DNA of 64,000 nucleotides. Source: Chloroflexia bacterium. Lineage in GTDB: Bacteria; Chloroflexota; Chloroflexia; Thermomicrobiales; CADCWN01. Location of the stretch: assembly GCA_039810045.1 (NCBI GenBank), contig JBDHWF010000004.1:810-64809 (forward strand), in the 5' to 3' direction. How positions within the stretch are numbered: position 1 is the stretch's first letter; every line of letters starts with the position of its first letter. The notes beneath the pieces are model-generated. The model was not told the origin of the DNA. It was given only the letters and a program-made list of their open reading frames with translations, and ran no database searches. The translations under genes were made by a program, and so were the position numbers. Positions 1-7,925 of the stretch are shown in pieces.

Positions 1-1360
1 ACGCAAACCGCAGCGGATACCGCAGGGGCAATTCGCGCAACGCCATCAACATCGCCAGACCATCGCAAAACAGGCGCGTGCCGCCCATCACCAACGCCGC
101 TGCCACAATCCCGTAACGTGGCACCACGAAGAAGACCAGCGGCAACGCCAGTAGGGCGCAACTCCGCGCAATCAGCATTGGTCGATACTGTTCGTAGGCC
201 ATCAGGATTGCGAGCGGCACACTGATCGCCGCATCAAGGCAGAAGGTGATCGCAATAATCCTGGCGGCGGCGGTTGCATCAACATATTTCGGCTCGATCA
301 ACACCAGGATATTGTAGGCCAGAATCGTCAACCCCACCGCAGCAGGAATCATCACTGCCGCTAAGAACTTAGAGAGCAGGCTATAGGCGTCGCCAAGTTG
401 TCGTGTGTCGCCCCGCGTGTAGAGCCGCGAAAAGAGCGGGATTTGAATCCCAGCCAGCGGCGACCACAACGCCCCAATCACCTGCCCGATCAAGGAATGC
501 GCCCACTTAAGACTCGCCGCTGCGCTGGCCCCCGGCACCATCAACAATACAAAATCGAGCGCATAAATGTACTCGGTGATCTGTTGCCAGTAGCTCAGCG
601 CAGAATACGACACAAAGCGCCGTGGGAGATTGGCACCGTTGCTCTCCATCGTTGGTTGCTTGTTCAACTGTTGCTGTACCCGCGCTGTCTGCCAGGCGGC
701 CAATGATGTCGCCACTAACGGAATCGTCACTAATGCTCCGACAAAGCCCAGAACACCCCAACCCGCCAGGACAACCGTCAGGCGCAAGAGTGGGCTAAGC
801 ACAGTGGCGACAAAGCTGATCGCCCCAGAAGCGCTTTGCTTGAAATAGGCGGTAAGGGTTTGCATGAAAACATCGAAGACCGCGCCGAAGAAGACCATCG
901 CCATCAGGGCAGCAAAAAAGACCCAGTGATAGCGCATGATCAAGGCCCGCAGGTCAGTTTCCTCAACGCCCTCAAGCCAGTATGTATAGAGGCGATCCCG
1001 AAAGAGCAACGTGCCACAGGCGATCAGCGCCACGATCACCAATTTCTGGGCAATAATCAGGCGCAAGGTAGAGCGCACGCCCGCGCTTCCGTGGCGGGCT
1101 TCCACTTCGGGCAGAAACTTCGCTAATCCCCGCTCGACGCCGAAATCAGCGACCAACCCTAAAGTGCCAGCCAGGGCGCTGAGGCGGGCGACGGTGCCAT
1201 ACCCTTCTTTGGAAAGGAGTTTGGCGACGACAATCGCCGAAAGGAGCCCTGACAGGAGCTTCGCTACCTGCCAGGCGCCGTTCCAGAGCATCGCCCGCGA
1301 GACCTGGCCGGAAAGGTTCTGGTTCACCGCCGGGGTTGGCTTGGCTACTTGGTCGCTCAT
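1..1360 (-). CDS. MOP-superfamily polysaccharide/oligosaccharide flippase (Wzx/MurJ-like); C-terminal end cut by the window edge
   Basis: Absent from the ORF track because no stop lies in the window. Reverse-strand ATG at 1360-1358 opens an uninterrupted frame down to position 2. My translation begins MSDQVAKPTPAVNQNLSGQVSRAMLWNGAWQVAKLLSGLLSAIVVAKLLSKEGYG. It stays multi-pass hydrophobic (..VFFAALMAMVFFGAVF.., ..LLALPLVFFVVPRYGIVAAALVMGG..), as in polysaccharide-biosynthesis flippases. Confidence 0.7.
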   Translation of the reverse strand, partial: MSDQVAKPTPAVNQNLSGQVSRAMLWNGAWQVAKLLSGLLSAIVVAKLLSKEGYGTVARLSALAGTLGLVADFGVERGLAKFLPEVEARHGSAGVRSTLRLIIAQKLVIVALIACGTLLFRDRLYTYWLEGVEETDLRALIMRYHWVFFAALMAMVFFGAVFDVFMQTLTAYFKQSASGAISFVATVLSPLLRLTVVLAGWGVLGFVGALVTIPLVATSLAAWQTARVQQQLNKQPTMESNGANLPRRFVSYSALSYWQQITEYIYALDFVLLMVPGASAAASLKWAHSLIGQVIGALWSPLAGIQIPLFSRLYTRGDTRQLGDAYSLLSKFLAAVMIPAAVGLTILAYNILVLIEPKYVDATAAARIIAITFCLDAAISVPLAILMAYEQYRPMLIARSCALLALPLVFFVVPRYGIVAAALVMGGTRLFCDGLAMLMALRELPLRYPLRFA

Positions 1361-1420
1361 CTCTGTGTTGCCATAACAACAAGCAACTCTGGCGACAGGT
1401 AGCGTTGCATGATCACTGGC

Positions 1421-2275
1421 TCAGGCTCGACTTGGCACAGAATCTGGCCTGATCAGGAAGTTGAAGCGGCTTCGTACAGCGGTGAAGAAACTCATCCCTT
1501 CCAGCAAGACCAACGCAAATTCTTGCTCCCCTCGCCGCACCCGCACCAGATCTCCAGACTGCACTGCGGGCGCGCCTTCGATCTTGCCATCAAGGTAGAG
1601 CCAGCATTGCCGATCGTTCACCATCACCAGTTCGATCAGCGATTCTTCTTCCACTACCAGGGGAATCCGAATCGGCGAATGGGGATTGAGCGCGATAATG
1701 GCAAAGCCCCGTACTCCCCGCGTGAGGATCGGGCCACCAGCCGACATACAGTAGGCAGTGCTGCCTTGTGGCGTCGAAACGATCATCCCATCGCCGGGGT
1801 AGATATTCACAAACTGCCCATCGACGTAGAGTTCTATTTCAACCAGTTGTGGCCCAGCCCGCAGCACCGCATCATTGATCACCCAACCCGAAGAGACGGT
1901 TGCCCCAGCGCGGATCAGTTCAACGTGCAGGGTCGGGCTATGCTGCACACGGTGTTGCCCCGCCAGCATCGCCTCCAGGGCGGTACGCCAATCTTTACGT
2001 TCGACCATTGTGAGGAAGCCAACGTGCCCGAAGTTGATACCGAGGAGTGGCACATTGGGAAACATTCTGGCCGACCGCATCATCAAGCCATCGCCACCAA
2101 GGACGATGATCGCATCCAGACCAGCGCAACCCTGCCGCAGCATCGTCGCCTCGTCGCGGCAATGAATCTGCCGCTCCGTCAGCCAGGGGACGATCTCCCG
2201 TTCCAGGTCTTGCGCCTCTGGTTTGTTCAGTGCAGCGATAATCCCCAGTGCCTGCGCCCCTTGCGCCTGGCCCAT
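1421..2275 (-). CDS. nadK: NAD+ kinase
   Basis: 284 aa. GGDGLMMRSARMF (GGDG motif), NFGHVGFL and STPQGSTAYCMSAGGPI blocks typical of NadK/PpnK. Confidence 0.9.
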   Translation of the reverse strand: MGQAQGAQALGIIAALNKPEAQDLEREIVPWLTERQIHCRDEATMLRQGCAGLDAIIVLGGDGLMMRSARMFPNVPLLGINFGHVGFLTMVERKDWRTALEAMLAGQHRVQHSPTLHVELIRAGATVSSGWVINDAVLRAGPQLVEIELYVDGQFVNIYPGDGMIVSTPQGSTAYCMSAGGPILTRGVRGFAIIALNPHSPIRIPLVVEEESLIELVMVNDRQCWLYLDGKIEGAPAVQSGDLVRVRRGEQEFALVLLEGMSFFTAVRSRFNFLIRPDSVPSRA

Positions 2276-2322
2276 TGAGTGCCCCTATCTTGATCGCGCA
2301 CTGCTGCGCCGCTCCAACACCT

Positions 2323-3669
2323 CTATAACCGAATCGTCCCCAGTGCCTCGTCAAGCGCACTGACCAGTTGCTCCACCTCGCGCTGATTGATCACCAACGG
2401 TGGCGAGATCGTCAGCGTGCAATCCAGGTCGCGCACGGTAGCGGAGTTCTTGCCCAACAACACCCCCCGCGCCTGTGCCTCGCGCATGACTGCATTAACG
2501 TGTTCACCAGCCAGTGGTGTTGTCGTGCCAGGGACGGCTAGTTCCACCCCCCAGAGTAAGCCCTTGCCGCGCACATGGCCGACAATCGGGTGATCAGCCA
2601 GCAATTCGCGCAGGCCATCACCGAGCAATGCACCCATTCGTTCGGAGTTCTCCACCAGCTTATCTTCAGCCAGAACAGCCAGATTCGCTACCGCCACGGC
2701 GCAGGCCACCGGATGCCCACCATAGGTACTCAGTTGATTGAACTGGACATTATCAGCGGGCGCGCCCTTGAACGTATCGAACACCTGCTCGGTCACTGCC
2801 GTGGCACCCAGGGGGATATACCCACTGGTGATCCCCTTCGCCATCGTCATGATATCTGGCACCACGCCCCACTGCTCACAGCCGAACCATCTACCCGTGC
2901 GCCCAAAGCCTGTGATCACTTCGTCATGGATCAACAGAATCCCGTAACGGTCGCAGAGTTCGCGAATACCCGGCCAGTATTCATCGGGCGGGACGATGAT
3001 GCCACCGCCACCAATGATCGGCTCGCCGATAAAGGCGGCGATTGTTTCTGGCCCCTCAAAGAGGATCACATCTTCCAATTCACGCAGCAGTTGCGCCGCC
3101 GCCTGACTGGGCGTGAGGTCGGCAAAGATCCGAAAGAGGTCGGGTGGGCGCACATGAATATGCCCGCCAACCAACGGCTCAAAGCGCGTTTTGCGCACCT
3201 CCTGCCCCGTAGCACCCAAGGCCCCCATCGTCCAGCCGTGATAGCCGCGATAGCGAGAGATAATCTTATAGCGATTGTCCTGCGGGAAACGTAGGCGGGC
3301 ATATTGCCGCGCCAGTTTCAACGCCGTTTCCACTGCTTCTGAGCCACTGTTGACGAAGACAACGTGATTCAGATCGCCAGGGAGCAGCGCAGTCAGGCGT
3401 TCGGCCAGGTCAATGGCCGCCGGAGCAGGGCGCGTCAGCGGCGTATACGGCAACTGGCGCATCTGGTTTGCCGCCGCTTCCACCAGCCGCTCCTGCCCAT
3501 AGCCAGCGTTGACACACCATAACCCCGCCATCGCGTCGATATATTCGTTTCCTTCAGCATCGATAATCGTGGAGCCCCGCGCCTCGGTCATCACCATCGG
3601 GGTTTGCGGGACTGCGTGCTGGGTGAATGGCCGCCAGAGGGCGTCGGTTGCTTGTGCATTGGTCGTCAT
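2323..3669 (-). CDS. Class-III (omega) aminotransferase, PLP-dependent
   Basis: 448 aa. DEVITGFGRTGRWFG and MTMAKGITSGY (PLP lysine) motifs. SD GGAAGGAG lies 6 nt upstream of the ATG. Confidence 0.85.
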   Translation of the reverse strand: MTTNAQATDALWRPFTQHAVPQTPMVMTEARGSTIIDAEGNEYIDAMAGLWCVNAGYGQERLVEAAANQMRQLPYTPLTRPAPAAIDLAERLTALLPGDLNHVVFVNSGSEAVETALKLARQYARLRFPQDNRYKIISRYRGYHGWTMGALGATGQEVRKTRFEPLVGGHIHVRPPDLFRIFADLTPSQAAAQLLRELEDVILFEGPETIAAFIGEPIIGGGGIIVPPDEYWPGIRELCDRYGILLIHDEVITGFGRTGRWFGCEQWGVVPDIMTMAKGITSGYIPLGATAVTEQVFDTFKGAPADNVQFNQLSTYGGHPVACAVAVANLAVLAEDKLVENSERMGALLGDGLRELLADHPIVGHVRGKGLLWGVELAVPGTTTPLAGEHVNAVMREAQARGVLLGKNSATVRDLDCTLTISPPLVINQREVEQLVSALDEALGTIRL

Positions 3670-3718
3670 CAGCTACTCCTTCCCTGTAAGCCCAACATTC
3701 GTGCTGCATAGACGATAC

Positions 3719-3748
3719 CATAGAAAGGGCAAAGCCGTACCATTGCCC
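3719..3748 (-). terminator. Weak intrinsic terminator after the HtrA-like gene
   Basis: On the minus strand, GGGCAA-N10-TTGCCC (3748..3727) is followed by TTTCTATGG. Confidence 0.35.
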
Positions 3749-3777
3749 ACAGTACCGCACGATCCTGAGAGTAGCTG

Positions 3778-4914
3778 CTACTGATCGGCTTCCCCAAAGG
3801 TAATCGGCACGCTGAACCGCGCCTGCCCCCGCACAATCGTCAATGTCGCCTGATCACCTGGGCGATAATTGAGCAAGAGCAAGCTGTAGCTCAGATCTTT
3901 GTTGATCAGCTTATCGTCAATAGCGATGATCACATCGCGGGCCTGTATGCCCGCCATCTGGGCAACTCCACCATTCTGTAAATCAGTGATCAACGCGCCA
4001 TCCTGTACATCAAGGTTTTCCTGGGCGGCCATCCCTGGAGTGACGGAAACAACCTTGACCCCCAGGCCAGGGCGCACAATCGTCCCTTCCGCCACGATGC
4101 GGCTGCTGACCGTCTTGGCAACATTTGAAGGGATCGCAAAGCCGATCCCTTCTGCTGCGCTGGCGGTGCGATCCTGGGAAGTCTGCCGAATCGCCGCCGT
4201 ATTGATCCCGATCACTTCCCCCTGATCATTCAGCAACGGCCCACCAGAGTTGCCGGGATTAATCGCGGCATCGGTCTGAATCAGCCCTTCCAGGATCGAG
4301 CCATCCTGTCGTTCGAGGTCGCGATGCAACCCACTGACAACCCCCGTAGTAACCGTGTTGGTAAATTCGCCCAACGCGCTGCCAATCGCCACAACTGACT
4401 GCCCTGGTTCCAGTTTGCTGGAATCACCAAAACTGGCGATCCCTGGCACATCGCCCGAGAGGGTGAGTACCGCCAGATCAGTGGCTGGATCACCACCAAC
4501 CAGCGTCACTGGTCGGCGTACGCCATCGGCCAGAATCACCTCATAACTCTGCCCACCCTCAATCACGTGATTATTGGTGAGGATGTGGCCTTCACGGTCA
4601 AAGATCACCCCCGTGCCAAAACCAGTGCCACGCTGATTCCCCCGCACAATCCGCGTGACAATCGTCACGACCGCTGGCGAAACTTTCCGATAAATCTCAC
4701 GCGGCGTAGCACCGCTCGGTGTGGGGGTGGGAGCGATGGTGGCGGTTGGCGGCAGGGTGGTCGCCGTCGGCGGCACCGCCACCGTCGCCGTTGCTCCAAC
4801 GGTGGGCGGGACGGTGGGGGTAACGGGTTGTCCTGGCAAACTACAACTCGCCAGGGTGACAAGGCAGATCAAAAGCGGCAGCAGTAGCCGCAAAACAGGG
4901 AAACGCCACGCCAT
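3778..4914 (-). CDS. HtrA/DegP-family trypsin-like serine protease with C-terminal PDZ; lipoprotein-type signal
   Basis: 378 aa. Signal with lipobox LASC, then a Pro/Thr-rich linker. TNNHV, DLAVL and GNSGGPLL form the catalytic triad context. PDZ-like tail. Confidence 0.85.
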   Translation of the reverse strand: MAWRFPVLRLLLPLLICLVTLASCSLPGQPVTPTVPPTVGATATVAVPPTATTLPPTATIAPTPTPSGATPREIYRKVSPAVVTIVTRIVRGNQRGTGFGTGVIFDREGHILTNNHVIEGGQSYEVILADGVRRPVTLVGGDPATDLAVLTLSGDVPGIASFGDSSKLEPGQSVVAIGSALGEFTNTVTTGVVSGLHRDLERQDGSILEGLIQTDAAINPGNSGGPLLNDQGEVIGINTAAIRQTSQDRTASAAEGIGFAIPSNVAKTVSSRIVAEGTIVRPGLGVKVVSVTPGMAAQENLDVQDGALITDLQNGGVAQMAGIQARDVIIAIDDKLINKDLSYSLLLLNYRPGDQATLTIVRGQARFSVPITFGEADQ

Positions 4915-5075
4915 CAGGTTCTTACTCCTTACCAGTTTCTGTCATATAGACGTTGTAACCAAGAGTATAGCGGAGCGTGCTATCGCAACCGCTGCGCGGC
5001 ACACCAGCACACCCCTCACCTAGTTTTAACGCCGAAACCCAGGCGAGGTTTACAGATCACCTGGTAACGGAACAC

Positions 5076-5831
5076 TTAGAGGGTGTAGTGGGTCAGATCG
5101 TCTGGTACGGTAACGGGGCCAGCGAAGCCCGCCGTTGCCTCCACAAGGATATTCGCGGGGTCGGCGAAACGCCCGATATGCGCCAGGGCCAGCGCCCCAA
5201 CACCAGCAGTCGTTGCCATCGTTGCGGCTTCCTCCGCAACGGGGTGCATCAGCCGCCGGGCGTGAGCAGCCCACTGCTCGCCATCACGGTTGGCGCAGAT
5301 CGCGTCGCAGATGAACAGGTCAGCGCCACGAGCGCATTGCACCAGTGCGTCACATGGCACACTATCGGCACTGAAGGCCAGCGTTTTGCCAGCGTGCATC
5401 ACGCGCACGGCCAACGTTGGTACACGATGCTCCACAGCGAAAAACTCGACCTGAAAGCCGCCGATCTCGCGCTGTTCGCCAGCGACGATCTCCGCGCGTA
5501 GCCGACCAGCAACCGGCGGCCATTCAGGGTAGGTGGCGGCAATCAGTTCGTCTAACCCCGTTTGCACATCTGCCGAGCCATAGATGGTCAGGGGCAGGTT
5601 CGCCAACAACAGGGCGGGAATCCCGCCGCTATGATCGAGGTGCCGATGCGTGACGACCACATTACGCAGATCAGCTAGCGGCAGGCCTGTTGCCACGACC
5701 TGCCGCGCCAACTCAAAGCCCCCACACGTATCGAGCAGCAACGGTTCGCACCCAGGTGCAGTGACCAGAATTCCCGTGGTACAACGCTGTGGCGCCAGGG
5801 GCGCACCCGTGCCCAGAATCGTCACGTCCAT
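5076..5831 (-). CDS. MBL-fold metallo-hydrolase
   Basis: 251 aa. HRHLDHSGG (HxHxDH) metal-binding motif. Confidence 0.8.
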   Translation of the reverse strand: MDVTILGTGAPLAPQRCTTGILVTAPGCEPLLLDTCGGFELARQVVATGLPLADLRNVVVTHRHLDHSGGIPALLLANLPLTIYGSADVQTGLDELIAATYPEWPPVAGRLRAEIVAGEQREIGGFQVEFFAVEHRVPTLAVRVMHAGKTLAFSADSVPCDALVQCARGADLFICDAICANRDGEQWAAHARRLMHPVAEEAATMATTAGVGALALAHIGRFADPANILVEATAGFAGPVTVPDDLTHYTL

Positions 5832-5902
5832 TTTCAGTCATCCCTTGCACGGTGGTGTGGCCCTGCATTGTTTCGGGCCACACCATTGCAGTACGACAGT
5901 CC

Positions 5903-7207
5903 CTAGGCAGGGGCAATCTCTGGGGCACAGAAGATATACAGCAGTTCTTTGATATGCGCTTTGGCATCACTCAGGCGCACACTTTCATTCGCGCCGTGCG
6001 CTTTGCTCTCGCGCATCCGACCCAGCCCCACCGTGGCGATCTTGTCGGTGCCAATCGTCTGCGCGACATTTGCCATATCGGTCGAACCACCAGAGCCAGT
6101 TCGCACAAAGTCAGCGTCACTGTAACCATGCAGTTGTTTCATAATCGCCACCAGCTTGTGCGCCAGAGGATGGTCGGCACTCTGGTAATAGGAGGGATAG
6201 GATTTCATGAACGACACGTCAACATCAAGGGCGCGGCTCTTTTCCATCCCCCGATCAACAGCGTCACGAATCTCTTGCTGCACATCCTCATACTGTTCTT
6301 CGGGGATAAAGCGGCGGTTGACGATCAACGTGCAGGTGGCAGGGACGATATTCGACTTCACCCCAGCATGAATAATGTCGAGATTGAACATCGGGCGCAG
6401 ATGATCGGGCGCACCGGGCGCTGGGGCCAACGGCAGCGCCGAACGGCGCGACTCAACCTGCCCTTTCAGGGCCAGCAGTTCCACCATGATCGGCACCGCT
6501 TCTTCAATTGCATTGACCCCGTTATAGTTCGCCCCTGAGTGGCAAGAGCGCCCTTTTACGGTGATCGTCACATCGACCGACCCATTTGAGCCAAGCCGCA
6601 AAACTGGATCCTGGCTCCCTTCCATGCAGAGAACAGGGGCCTTGACATAGCCTTCCTTCGCCAGATGCCAGATCCCCGGATAGACCCCGATCTCCTCATC
6701 GGTGCAGAGGCAGGCGTTGAGATCCCAAACTGGTTCCAGCCCCAACTCAGCCATCACTTCAGCGGCAGTCAGCAGCGAGGCGATCGTCCCTTTCATATCG
6801 GCGACACCCCGCCCATAGACCCGCCCATCGTGCAACTCTGCGCCGAATGGGTCGTAATCCCACCCTTCCTCAATCGGCACCGTATCCATGTGGGCGTAGA
6901 TCGTCAGTGGTGGCTTGCCGCCCCCTTTCTTCGCGACGAGATTGACCCGCTCGCCTTCCAGGGGCAAAGGAATCGCCCGCCAGTGTTCCTCTGGGATCAC
7001 CACGCGCTCAGTTGTAAAGCCATATTCCTTGAACTGTGGCTCCAGCAGATCGAGCAACGTATCGTAGTTGCGGCCCGGCGGCACACAGTTGTCAACCCCA
7101 ATGATCTGCCGCAGGCGTTCCAGGAAGCGCTCTTCCTTCGCCTCAACCGCCGCAAAGACGGTATCCCAGTTGATCGTGCCATCAGCGTTGTGAACTGCTG
7201 CTGTCAT
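5903..7207 (-). CDS. M20-family metallopeptidase / ArgE-DapE-type deacylase
   Basis: YAHMDTVP, GRGVADMKG and CTDEEIG motifs. I place the start at ATG 7207 (MTAAVHN..) because GAGGGG lies 4 nt upstream. The track maximum is a GTG at 7219. Confidence 0.8.
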   Translation of the reverse strand: MTAAVHNADGTINWDTVFAAVEAKEERFLERLRQIIGVDNCVPPGRNYDTLLDLLEPQFKEYGFTTERVVIPEEHWRAIPLPLEGERVNLVAKKGGGKPPLTIYAHMDTVPIEEGWDYDPFGAELHDGRVYGRGVADMKGTIASLLTAAEVMAELGLEPVWDLNACLCTDEEIGVYPGIWHLAKEGYVKAPVLCMEGSQDPVLRLGSNGSVDVTITVKGRSCHSGANYNGVNAIEEAVPIMVELLALKGQVESRRSALPLAPAPGAPDHLRPMFNLDIIHAGVKSNIVPATCTLIVNRRFIPEEQYEDVQQEIRDAVDRGMEKSRALDVDVSFMKSYPSYYQSADHPLAHKLVAIMKQLHGYSDADFVRTGSGGSTDMANVAQTIGTDKIATVGLGRMRESKAHGANESVRLSDAKAHIKELLYIFCAPEIAPA

Positions 7208-7336
7208 TGCACCCCTCACAGTAATTGTTTTAATCTCAACTCACTAACACTTTTGTTACCCTACCACCAAGGAGACAGCGAGGCAAAAAGTCCGCTATGC
7301 TTATGATGATCGCTGGCCTAGCATATGGAGTGACCA

Positions 7337-7843
7337 TTGGAATCAGCTACCTCAGCACCGACCGTTCACCTGCTCTGCGGCCTCAATGGTGCAGGGAAGA
7401 CGACCTACGCCCGTAAACTCGCCGCTGAGCGGCAGGCGGTACACTTCATTCTCGACGCCTGGATGTTGCAACTGCACCCGGAATTACGGTTTGATGCCCC
7501 GGAATATGGCGCACTCGCCGAACGGTGTAAGCACCTGATCTGGTCAGTGGCGCTGCAAGTCCTCGCGCTGGGCCATGAGGTGATTCTCGATTGGAATCAG
7601 TGGAGTCGGGTGCGGCGGGCGACCTGGCGCGACCTCGCCCAGCAGGCCGGCTATCAACCACTGTTGCATTATCTACAGGTGCCTGTTGCGGTAGCGATTG
7701 CCCAATCGAACGCCCGCAATGCCGCAGCAGTCGCCGATGCTCACCGCCTTGACGAAGCCGGCATTCGCCACTTCGTCACGATCTTTGAGGAGCCAACGGC
7801 GGACGAAGGGCTAGCGATCAACGTTATCCGTCCCCACCAGTAA
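7337..7843 (+). CDS. Small P-loop ATP-binding protein (AAA_33 / zeta-toxin-like kinase fold)
   Basis: 168 aa. Walker A GLNGAGKTT near the N-terminus. TTG start preceded by GGAG at a 6-nt spacing. Confidence 0.65.
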   Translation: MESATSAPTVHLLCGLNGAGKTTYARKLAAERQAVHFILDAWMLQLHPELRFDAPEYGALAERCKHLIWSVALQVLALGHEVILDWNQWSRVRRATWRDLAQQAGYQPLLHYLQVPVAVAIAQSNARNAAAVADAHRLDEAGIRHFVTIFEEPTADEGLAINVIRPHQ

Positions 7844-7878
7844 CTCCCCGTCTTACCACACATAATCATCACCGCGCC

Positions 7879-7907
7879 TTGTGCCAAATCAGGCTGATCA
7901 GTAGAAT
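7879..7907 (+). promoter_or_regulatory. Sigma-70-type promoter, TTGTGC-N17-TAGAAT
   Basis: -35 at 7879-7884 and -10 at 7902-7907, spacer exactly 17 nt. Sits about 20 nt upstream of the GT-C gene. Confidence 0.5.
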
Positions 7908-7925
7908 TGCCAAACTATTGACGCA

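Noticed and set aside
1409-2278. 289-aa plus-strand ORF exactly covering nadK.
   Set aside because: It mirrors the nadK frame on the opposite strand. It has no SD and a His/Arg/Pro-rich nonsense composition. This is the typical shadow ORF of GC-rich DNA, and nadK itself has clear family motifs.
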